Positions 56,858 through 64,000 of a stretch of 64,000 bases of DNA are shown here, one piece after another. Below the pieces are notes generated by a model, which saw only the letters and a list, made by a program, of their open reading frames with translations, searched no databases and was not told the origin of the DNA. Source of the stretch: Oscillospiraceae bacterium (GTDB taxonomy: Bacteria; Bacillota; Clostridia; Oscillospirales; Oscillospiraceae); assembly GCA_017545165.1 (NCBI GenBank), contig JAFWQQ010000054.1, positions 10,279 through 74,278 of the forward strand, in the 5' to 3' direction. Both the position numbers and the translations under genes were made by a program. Numbering within the stretch: position 1 is the first letter of the stretch; every line of letters begins with the position of its first letter.

Positions 56858-59032
56858 TCAGCCCTGTTCGGCGACGTAGAGCCTTGCGCTGCTTTGGATA
56901 CGGTCGGCTGCCTCGTCAAGGCTGATCTGGCCGCCGAAGTAGGCCCGCGCGTTCGTTTTGATCATGTCAAGCAGCGTTTCGTCGCAGCGCACCAGCTTGT
57001 CCGTCGCATACACAAGCTCCCGCAGTCTTTGCGCGTCGTCGGCGTTGAAGTTATCAAAGCCCTGCACGATCTGATCCGAGATGCTTGCCTGCAAAGCGGC
57101 CTCAAAGCTGCTTTGCAGCACGGGAATTCCGTTCATGATATCACTCTCCGCGGCGTTTGTCAGCAGCAGACGGATGAGCTGCCACGCGCCGTTCGGGTGC
57201 TGAGAGGAAGCCATAATGCCGAGGCGCGTCGCCGCGCCTGCCGTTGTCCGAAATTGATCCGGGCCGGTTCCGAGCTGGATGAAATAACAGCCGCTGCCGC
57301 TCGTGCCGGGGAAGCCGCAATAAACGTAATCGTCCTGCAGCGCCATGCGGATCGTCGCCCCGGTGTTCGCGGCAAGATCCCAGCTCATATAGAGAAGCTG
57401 CGGATCTTCAGTATATTCGGCACTGTAAGGCGCGTCCTTCACGAGCTGCAACCATGCCTTGAATTCCGGGCTGTCGAAGGAACTGCTGCCGTTTTCCCAA
57501 TCCACGAACTCCGCCGTGGCCATCTTGGCCAGCATGTCCAGAAGAACCTCCCGGTCCTGCCATGAGGGGAAAAGCTGCCAGTTGTCCGGCATTTCCCGCA
57601 TCTGCTCTGTCGCTTCCTCCACCGTCCAGGCGTCGCGTCCTGGGAAGCGATCCGGGTGCGCGGCAAAGCCGATGAGAGTGACCCGCGCAGTCAGTTCATA
57701 GAGCCCGCCGTTTTTCAGCATGGCGTTCAGCAGGGGCTGAATGAAATCCTCCCGGCTCAGGTCAGGGTCTGCATCAAGATACGGAAGCATATCCAGGAGC
57801 AGGCCACTGTCCAGACTGAGCTCCGGCAGTCCGGCGGTGTCCAGAATGTCGATGCCGCTGCCTGTGGCAAGCTCAATGAGGCGCTTGTCTCGCTGTCCTT
57901 CAGCGTCGAAATCGAGCTTCCGGATCTCCACCTTGTAGTCGGGATTCGTATTGTTGAAGCGGATCACGGCGTCCAGCAGGTCACGGGAAATGCCGGTTTC
58001 CGGATCTATCAAAAAGCCAGCCTGCGCACCGCCAAAGCTGCCCAGAACGAGCGTCTGCCGCTCCTTGATCATTCCTTGCGTAACTTTGATCACGGATTTT
58101 CCATCCATGACAGGATAGAAAAAGTCCCCGGCGCTGTTTTCAAACAGCGCATACCCACCCTTGCTGGCATAGCTCAATGCCACGTCGATCCAGCGGAAAA
58201 GCCGTTCCTTTACCGCACCGCTCTCCGGGTCGATCTCACAGACCGTACCATCCACGCTGTTGAGCCAGCGGCCGTTTTCACTGAAAAAGCTGCCTGCAAA
58301 CTCCAGCTCCCGCGCGGGACTGAAGCTCAGGGTTTCAGGGGAAAAGCTGCAGGTGCCCACGACATAGTTCTGCCCTTCCATGTGCCCCGTGTGATACAGG
58401 CGCTCCGTTCCGGAGCGTAGGCTGCTTTGAAAGACGGTGCCCTGCAGATCCAACTTCTGCTGCAGATTCATCTCTCGGTCTACGACATAGCCCTGTTCAC
58501 CGGCGCAGAGGATCGCCCGGTTTTCATCTAAAGCAAGGATTCCCGAAAAATACAGACCGGAAGCCTCTGTTGACTCGCCACCCGAAAATGGGATCACCTG
58601 TACGCTGCCGGTGCTGCCCTGCGTTCTGTCGCAGAAGTACATCCAATATTGAGACTCCATCGACTGCTCGGTTCGGCTCTCCAACAGCGCCCAGACCGCA
58701 TTGCCCGAGACGGACAGACCACGCAGCGCAACGGAACCGGGGATCGCGTTGCTGTCATAGGTAAGCAGCGTCCAATCGTCGTTTACGGTATCATAGCAGC
58801 CGATCAGGGCTTCGCCCGTATAGCCGGAGAGGAACAGCGTGTCTCCTTGCGCATCCCATTCGCTGTTTACCCTGCCGAGCTCTTTGGGGACGGAGATTTC
58901 TGAGGGGATGTAGCCGGGAACGGCGTTCCCCTCGACGACCAGTTCGGCAGGCTGTTCCGTCTGCTTGCCGCAGGCGGAAAGGGAGAGTATCATCAGGTAT
59001 GCAAGAAGCATGCAAATCAGTTTTTTGCTCAT
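56858..59032 (-). CDS. large lipoprotein, beta-rich N-domain plus SBP-like C-domain (paralog 2)
   Basis: MSKKLICMLLAYLMILSLSACG lipobox. Shares DPDYKVEIRK..IELATGSGIDILDT..DMLPYLDADPDLSREDFIQPL..GGLYELT with paralogs 1 and 3. Confidence 0.75.
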   Translation of the reverse strand: MSKKLICMLLAYLMILSLSACGKQTEQPAELVVEGNAVPGYIPSEISVPKELGRVNSEWDAQGDTLFLSGYTGEALIGCYDTVNDDWTLLTYDSNAIPGSVALRGLSVSGNAVWALLESRTEQSMESQYWMYFCDRTQGSTGSVQVIPFSGGESTEASGLYFSGILALDENRAILCAGEQGYVVDREMNLQQKLDLQGTVFQSSLRSGTERLYHTGHMEGQNYVVGTCSFSPETLSFSPARELEFAGSFFSENGRWLNSVDGTVCEIDPESGAVKERLFRWIDVALSYASKGGYALFENSAGDFFYPVMDGKSVIKVTQGMIKERQTLVLGSFGGAQAGFLIDPETGISRDLLDAVIRFNNTNPDYKVEIRKLDFDAEGQRDKRLIELATGSGIDILDTAGLPELSLDSGLLLDMLPYLDADPDLSREDFIQPLLNAMLKNGGLYELTARVTLIGFAAHPDRFPGRDAWTVEEATEQMREMPDNWQLFPSWQDREVLLDMLAKMATAEFVDWENGSSSFDSPEFKAWLQLVKDAPYSAEYTEDPQLLYMSWDLAANTGATIRMALQDDYVYCGFPGTSGSGCYFIQLGTGPDQFRTTAGAATRLGIMASSQHPNGAWQLIRLLLTNAAESDIMNGIPVLQSSFEAALQASISDQIVQGFDNFNADDAQRLRELVYATDKLVRCDETLLDMIKTNARAYFGGQISLDEAADRIQSSARLYVAEQG

Positions 59033-59051
59033 AGCAGAAACTCCTTCACTT

Positions 59052-59082
59052 CTATAAACGCTTTTTTCGTGCTTTGGTTACA
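59052..59082 (-). promoter_or_regulatory. ECF-type bipartite motif TGTAACC-N15-CGTTTATAG upstream of lipoprotein paralog 2
   Basis: Same half-sites and the same 15-nt spacing as 45596-45626. Lies 20 nt upstream of the ATG at 59032. Confidence 0.5.
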
Positions 59083-59096
59083 AATCATCTGTCGCT

Positions 59097-60344
59097 TCAG
59101 TCATGCTCGGCCACATACAGCCGGATCTTCGACTCCATCTGCATGACCGTCTCATCCAGATTGCGCTGTCCTGAAAAGTAGGCTTCGGCCAGCGGCAATA
59201 ATACGGTCAGAAGTCCTTCGTGTTTGAAGCTAGAAACGTCGATCCCATAGACGATTTCCCGCAGGCGCTGTGCGTCCTGCTCGGTGATCGGATTGTCCGT
59301 GTCTTCCAGTCCCTTTTGCAGATGTGCCTCGAAGCGATCCTTCAGCACGGGGAAATCGTTGAAGCCATCCGGCGCGTCCCGGCCAAAGATGTCGCCGTAA
59401 TAGGCGAAGAGAGCGTAGCGCATGAAGCGCCAGGCTTCCTCCTTGTGCGTGCTGTCAGCCAGCATACCGGTGTTAAAGAAACCCGCTCCCTGCATGACAT
59501 AAAAGCCGCTGCTTTTCTGCGCGGGCCAGCCGACCAGCTCGGCGTCATCGGAGATATAGGTGCGAATGGCCGGAAGCCGTCCGCAGGCGCCGATCTCTTC
59601 GTGCCGGACACCCAGCCCCGGCGCGTCCTTGCAAAACTGAAGCCATCCTCTCAGAACCGCTGTATCCACTTCATTTCCGTTCACCACGTCGTTTTCGATC
59701 ACCGGGAAAGCCTCACGGAAGTTCTGCATAGCACTGGGAACCGGAAAAATGTCGTCCACATCAGGGGCCGGGCCAAGAGCTCTTTCATAATCCTCAAAGC
59801 TCAAGCCCGACTGTGCCGCGCCATCATAATCCAGTACCGCACTGAGGAAGAAAGATGGCGTGAGCGTATAGAGCTTGCCGTCCTCCATCATGGCCTCCAG
59901 TACGGCGGGGATGAAGTCATCTGCGGAAAGCTCCGGGTCGCGTTCCATAAAAGGTAACAAATCTTCCAGATACAGCGACTGCTCTCCGCCCAGCGCGAGA
60001 GAAACCGTGTCGATCATATCCGGTCCCTGCCCGGCCATAATCTCCACGCGCAGCTTGTCCCAGGACCCGAATTCGTATACGCGGGTTTCCACCCGGCAGT
60101 CAGGGCATTGCTCGTTGAACTGCCGGATCATGGTGTACAGCGGCCCGTCCATATAAGCGGTCGCCAGCGTGATGACGGTTTTTTCTTCCTCCGGCAAAGG
60201 CGCAGGGCGCTCGGTTTCTTCCGCCGCTGCCGGAGCGGTTTCACCAGAGTTTGCCGCGACTGGCTTCTCGCTCCGCTTGCCGCAGGCGGCCAATGAGAGT
60301 ATCATGGAAAGCGAAAGAATCAGACATAGGATCTTTCTGGTCAT
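59097..60344 (-). CDS. SBP-like lipoprotein (415 aa, lacks the N-terminal beta-rich domain)
   Basis: MTRKILCLILSLSMILSLAACG lipobox. More distant homology to the C-domains of the large lipoproteins (...DLLPFMERDPELSADDFIPAVLEAM..GKLYTLT). Confidence 0.75.
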   Translation of the reverse strand: MTRKILCLILSLSMILSLAACGKRSEKPVAANSGETAPAAAEETERPAPLPEEEKTVITLATAYMDGPLYTMIRQFNEQCPDCRVETRVYEFGSWDKLRVEIMAGQGPDMIDTVSLALGGEQSLYLEDLLPFMERDPELSADDFIPAVLEAMMEDGKLYTLTPSFFLSAVLDYDGAAQSGLSFEDYERALGPAPDVDDIFPVPSAMQNFREAFPVIENDVVNGNEVDTAVLRGWLQFCKDAPGLGVRHEEIGACGRLPAIRTYISDDAELVGWPAQKSSGFYVMQGAGFFNTGMLADSTHKEEAWRFMRYALFAYYGDIFGRDAPDGFNDFPVLKDRFEAHLQKGLEDTDNPITEQDAQRLREIVYGIDVSSFKHEGLLTVLLPLAEAYFSGQRNLDETVMQMESKIRLYVAEHD

Positions 60345-60366
60345 GTTTACGACCTCCTTTCACGCA

Positions 60367-60450
60367 TAAGAACGCGGCATCAGAATGCTTTGTCGCACGA
60401 AAAATTTTTATTTTTCCTGTGCGACAAACTGCCGGGTGCGCGCGTTCTTA
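60367..60450. promoter_or_regulatory. mirror-symmetric divergent promoter region: GTGCGACAAA-N14-CGTTCTTA in both orientations
   Basis: Plus strand 60419-60450, minus strand 60398-60367. The two GTGCGACAAA boxes also form an 8-10 bp inverted repeat around an AT-rich 20-mer. Confidence 0.5.
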
Positions 60451-60486
60451 ATAGTGAGAGATCATATAGAAAGAGGGAATCTCAAG

Positions 60487-61044
60487 TTGAAAGAAGCAAG
60501 GCTACTGCGGCGCTTACAAAATGGAGAGAGCGCAGCCTTGGGCGAGATCATGAAGTTGTATACTCCATATGTCGCTGCCATCGTGAGGAATATCATCGAC
60601 CCGCCCCTGCAGGAAGAGGATGTAGAGGAGGTCGTAGCCGATGTGTATTTATCTCTTTGGAAGAATGCCGCTGATATAGAAGACGGCAAGCTCCGCCCCT
60701 GGCTCGCCGCCGTGACACGAAACCGCGCCAAAGATAAGCTCCGCGCGCTGCATCTGAATCTTCCGTTGGAGGATGATGCCCTGGAGCTGATCGCGGATGG
60801 ACCCGAAACCGAGGCCGTACGGCAGGAGGCCATTCAGGCGACAAAGGAGGCGGTAGACTCTCTCGGAGAGCCGGATCGCTCCATTTTCCTGCGATACTAT
60901 TACCTGTATCAAAAGACCGATGAGATCGCCGCAGCCATGGGCTTAAAGCCGTCCATCGTCCGGAACCGGCTCTCCCGGGGTCGGGAAAAGCTGAAAACAC
61001 GTTTGGTGGAAAGGGGGCTTTGCTATGAAGCTGAGTATTGCTGA
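60487..61044 (+). CDS. ECF sigma-70 family sigma factor, pair 5 (TTG start)
   Basis: (M)KEARLLRRLQNGESAALGEIMKLYTPYV...EDVEEVVADVYLSLW (region 2) and ...TDEIAAAMGLKPSIVRNRLSRGREKL (region 4). AGAGGGA RBS 7 nt before the TTG. Confidence 0.8.
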   Translation: MKEARLLRRLQNGESAALGEIMKLYTPYVAAIVRNIIDPPLQEEDVEEVVADVYLSLWKNAADIEDGKLRPWLAAVTRNRAKDKLRALHLNLPLEDDALELIADGPETEAVRQEAIQATKEAVDSLGEPDRSIFLRYYYLYQKTDEIAAAMGLKPSIVRNRLSRGREKLKTRLVERGLCYEAEYC

Positions 61045-62134
61045 TCTGGTGGAAAACTGCTCTGCGGAGGAACTCATGATCGGAAAAGAAGAAAGAGAAC
61101 TGACCGAGCGCGTCAAAGCGCGGGTGCTGGCCGAAATCGAAGCAGAAAGCAAAGCAGCCAAGCCGAAGAAAGAAATCGTGCATATCCGTTCCAGACGGGT
61201 CATACCCTTCGCCTTTGTCGCTGCGCTGCTTCTTTCTCTTGGCATCGTTGCCTATGCGATCAGCAGCATCCACGCGGCGCGGCAGCAGGAGCTGCGCGCA
61301 GAGAGGAATCTGAACGAGCACCAAACGGAAAGCTATGTGGAATATGAGACCCCCGATGAATCTACGCCTGGCGTCGTGCTGCTCTCGACCATCAACGATG
61401 GAGAGTTTCAGGAGGTCTATGTCAATGTGTCCCCGGTAACGGAGGAAGAGATTGCGGGTTACCCTGAGCAGCCAATCTCTTTCCGCTGGCAGATCGTGGG
61501 CTCAGATCTGAAAGGCTTTGCCGATCCCTGGATCAGACCGGGCAGCTCAGCACACACACCGGAGGCGCTCCGGGCCCTCGTTCAGCGGGATGCCTATGAT
61601 GCCGAGACACAGACGCTGACGCTTTGCTGCCATGTTCTCTCAGAATCGCTGGCTGCCTTTCTGGAAGACTGCGGCTCGGACACAGCCGAGCTTGAGTTGT
61701 TTCTGGCTGAGGACTATATCGCCACAAGGAGCTTTGGCAGCGTTTCGCTGACGCCGACAGACGAGGATCGCCGCAGCTTCGAATTCGGAAGCGTAAGCTG
61801 GAAAGACGATGAAAGCGGCAAGGAGGTCGAGCTGATCGGTCTGGAGCTCACACCGGTCAGCAGTGTCTGGCATCTTCGCTATCCGGCGGCTGAAGCTGTT
61901 TATACGGGCAGCGATCTTGAACTGCAGAAAGCCTGGCTGCGGGTGGAAGACCGCATCTGTATGAACGCGCGGATCATCTTTTCCGACGGCAGCAGCATGG
62001 TTACCAATGGTGCGCTGAGCGCCCGCTATGAAGATGGTGTGGTCAGCCTGTATACCGGATGGCCGCGCGCGATTGACATTACCGATGTACAGCAGATCGT
62101 CCTTGGTGATCTGGTTTTGTGGGAAAACAAATGA
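61025..62134 (+). CDS. single-pass membrane protein, putative anti-sigma partner (pair 5), shared ectodomain family
   Basis: The start overlaps the sigma gene end. TM VIPFAFVAALLLSLGIVAYA. The ectodomain carries LLSTINDGEFQ...NVSPVTEE and YDAETQTLTL, like pairs 2 and 4. Confidence 0.65.
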   Translation: MKLSIADLVENCSAEELMIGKEERELTERVKARVLAEIEAESKAAKPKKEIVHIRSRRVIPFAFVAALLLSLGIVAYAISSIHAARQQELRAERNLNEHQTESYVEYETPDESTPGVVLLSTINDGEFQEVYVNVSPVTEEEIAGYPEQPISFRWQIVGSDLKGFADPWIRPGSSAHTPEALRALVQRDAYDAETQTLTLCCHVLSESLAAFLEDCGSDTAELELFLAEDYIATRSFGSVSLTPTDEDRRSFEFGSVSWKDDESGKEVELIGLELTPVSSVWHLRYPAAEAVYTGSDLELQKAWLRVEDRICMNARIIFSDGSSMVTNGALSARYEDGVVSLYTGWPRAIDITDVQQIVLGDLVLWENK

Positions 62135-62147
62135 TGTAACGATGCAA

Positions 62148-62177
62148 CAAGCGGGAGCGATTCGTCGCTCCCGCTTG
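62148..62177. terminator. 13-bp hairpin between convergent genes
   Basis: CAAGCGGGAGCGA-ttcg-TCGCTCCCGCTTG. No clear T-run. Confidence 0.45.
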
Positions 62178-62185
62178 GACATTGG

Positions 62186-64000
62186 TCAACTATATTGTTC
62201 TGCCAAATACAGACTCAAACGACTTTGAATCTGTTTTGCGGCTTCCTCGGCAGACTTCTGTCCATCAAGAAAAGCGTTGATTTCGGACTGCATCACCAGC
62301 AGAATCTGCTTGTCTGTATGGATTAGCTTTGTGGCACCGTAGACCTGTTCACGCAGGCGTTGAGCGTCGTCGGCATTGAACATGGCAAGTCCCTGGAATT
62401 CTCCATTATTGGAAAGCGATGAGTCGATAACCCGTTCAAACCGTTCCCGGGACGCAGGAATGCCAAAGGAGATCGATTGATCTTCTTCGCTTTCGCTCAT
62501 CATTAGTGTTCGGACAAAGCGCCATGCGCCCTCTTGATGCTTGCTGGAAGCCATAATACCGATTCGGGTATTCTGTCCGACGGTGCTCCGGCTCTCTCCC
62601 GCACTGCTTCCTAACTTCAGCAAAAAGCTCCCCGTTCCTTCCGTGCTCGGAAAACCAGCGACAGCATAATCGCTTTGAAATGGGTAGCGGGAGCTGAAAC
62701 CGGCATCCGAGGCAAAATCATAGCAAAAAGCCATGAGTTTTTCTTCATCTTGCGGACTTTTATCATCCAGAAGTTCTTTGAGCAGACGAAGCCAATCCTG
62801 AAATGCACGGCTGTCAAAAGAGCAGCATGCGTTTTCCCAATCAATAAACTCTGCCGTTGCTGCCCAGCTTACAACAGTCACAATCATTTCTCTGTTCATG
62901 CTTTGCCAAAGCGGAGCATATTCAGGGTGCTGAGCAATTAATTCTTCGATTTGATTGACGGTCCAGCTTTCTCGTCCGGGGAACATCTCAGGACGTGCCA
63001 GCAGCGTCACCAGCGTAAATTTGTCGGTGTATTCATAGAGTCCGCCATGCTTCATCATGGCCTGAAGCAGCGAGGGAATAAAGTCCTCACGGCTGATGGT
63101 TTCGTCAGCATCGATCATGGGTAGCATGTCTGCAAGGAGACCAGCGTCCAGCGCGCCGTCAGGCAAAAAACTTGTGTCCAAAATGTCAATATCCTCGGAG
63201 GTGGCAAGCTCAATCAGCAGACGATCGCGCTCACTTTCGTTGTTGTACAGTAGGGGCTGGATTTCAATGCGGTATTCTGGGTCGCTGTTGTTAAAACGAA
63301 TGATCGAATCCCGAAGCTTTAAGCTCATGGAATAGGGAGGCGCACCGGCTTGTTGAAAATACTCGTAACTCTCCGCTCCGGTATCTCCAAAGCAGGCAAG
63401 AGTCAAAACTTTTTTGACCGGAACCATAGCGGGTGAAACTTTGACAAGACCATTCGATGTGATGTAAAAGAGTTCGCCCTTTGAGTTCTCAAGCCCAAAG
63501 GGACTGCCCATACTGCTGTAGCTCAGAGCAACATCCATCCAATCAAAACGCTCCGTCTCATTGCCTGTTGCCGGATTTACTTCAATGAGCCTGTTTTGCT
63601 TGTCATAAAGGAAATGCCCGTCGTTGCTGGAATAAACATGGCTTGCGTTCAACTCAAAGGCTTGTCCGAGCTGAAATGTTTCCAAGTCTAGCGGTGCAGC
63701 GCCTTCCTCGGTCATTAAGTATAATTGATCGTTTACCCGGAATCGAGGAAGACCGCCCAGGTCGGAAACATTTGGCTGATCTAAAACACTTAGCTTAGGG
63801 TCAATGAGATAGCAGGTTTCAGGTGTAGTCAAGAGAGCTTTCTCTCTATCAAGCCCGAGAAGGCTCATGCTACTTGTCTCGTTGTTGCTGCTGCTGCCTT
63901 CAAAGGGAATGCGTGTGCAACGCATTTCTCCGTCCTCTCGGCTACCCCACAGAATATAATGTCCAAGGTTTTCCAGAAACTTTCCGCTGCTTGCATCTTC
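62186..64000 (-). CDS. large lipoprotein family, paralog 3 (N-terminus beyond the right edge)
   Basis: The frame stays open to position 64000 (...EDASSGKFLENLGHYILWGSREDGEMRCTR...). Shares DPEYRIEIQP..IELATSEDIDILDT..DMLPMIDADETISREDFIPSL..GGLYEYTDKFTL with paralog 1. Confidence 0.75.
   Translation of the reverse strand, partial: EDASSGKFLENLGHYILWGSREDGEMRCTRIPFEGSSSNNETSSMSLLGLDREKALLTTPETCYLIDPKLSVLDQPNVSDLGGLPRFRVNDQLYLMTEEGAAPLDLETFQLGQAFELNASHVYSSNDGHFLYDKQNRLIEVNPATGNETERFDWMDVALSYSSMGSPFGLENSKGELFYITSNGLVKVSPAMVPVKKVLTLACFGDTGAESYEYFQQAGAPPYSMSLKLRDSIIRFNNSDPEYRIEIQPLLYNNESERDRLLIELATSEDIDILDTSFLPDGALDAGLLADMLPMIDADETISREDFIPSLLQAMMKHGGLYEYTDKFTLVTLLARPEMFPGRESWTVNQIEELIAQHPEYAPLWQSMNREMIVTVVSWAATAEFIDWENACCSFDSRAFQDWLRLLKELLDDKSPQDEEKLMAFCYDFASDAGFSSRYPFQSDYAVAGFPSTEGTGSFLLKLGSSAGESRSTVGQNTRIGIMASSKHQEGAWRFVRTLMMSESEEDQSISFGIPASRERFERVIDSSLSNNGEFQGLAMFNADDAQRLREQVYGATKLIHTDKQILLVMQSEINAFLDGQKSAEEAAKQIQSRLSLYLAEQYS

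Larger units (their letters stand above)
33177..64000. mobile_element. integrative genomic island adjacent to tRNA-Val (right end not in window)
   Basis: An integrase gene lies about 130 bp from the tRNA 3' end, followed by an excisionase and a second recombinase. Base composition drops visibly and is patchy. Gene remnants and paralogous accessory modules are present. Confidence 0.6.

Noticed and set aside
33177-64000. Search for a second copy of the tRNA-Val 3' end (attR) inside the window
   Set aside because: No repeat of GTTCGAGTCTTGTATCGTCCACCA, or of its last 12 nt or more, was seen by eye. The island boundary therefore cannot be set within this window.

Overview
By eye (nothing was computed), this is a GC-rich Clostridia-type chromosomal segment that splits into two parts.

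(1) Positions 1-33.1 kb are core genome:
- Housekeeping and sporulation genes: the tail of a flippase-like gene, hup, an S4-domain gene, a GNAT, a uridine-kinase-like gene, a hemZ-like radical-SAM gene, a CarD-family regulator, ispE, spoIIR, degV and iorAB.
- Transport and regulation: a ZIP transporter, and an MFS transporter paired with an AraC regulator.
- RNA genes: a minus-strand operon of five tRNAs (Gly-Arg-His-Gln-Lys), followed by an odd tandem repeat made of tRNA-Lys 3'-end copies.
- Surface and carbohydrate genes: a PT-repeat surface protein, a GH13 alpha-glucosidase, a BspA-type LRR protein, a membrane nuclease, and a GH94 phosphorylase / LacI / ABC importer / GH5 oligosaccharide locus.
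- Several intergenic tracts packed with GC-rich palindromic (REP-like) repeats. One of these is fused in frame to the GH13 gene.

(2) From tRNA-Val (33101-33176) to the right edge, GC content is visibly lower and patchy, and the gene content looks like an integrative island:
- Recombination module: a tyrosine integrase, an excisionase-type HTH protein and a second tyrosine recombinase.
- A 1.2 kb ORF-poor gap with an array of five AAT(A/G)CG(C/T)ATT dyads, followed by a Bro-N protein.
- An AT-rich two-gene cassette, then decayed gene remnants.
- A blaI / M56 blaR1-like pair.
- A VanZ / orphan wHTH / C39-like operon.

The most interesting part of the island is an array of five sigma-70-family factor / single-pass membrane partner pairs, interleaved with four large paralogous SBP-like lipoproteins. 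No ABC permease or ATPase is present in the island part of this window. Shared bipartite promoter-like motifs link some of the sigma genes to the lipoprotein genes.

All product calls come from reading motifs in the supplied translations. No database search was run.
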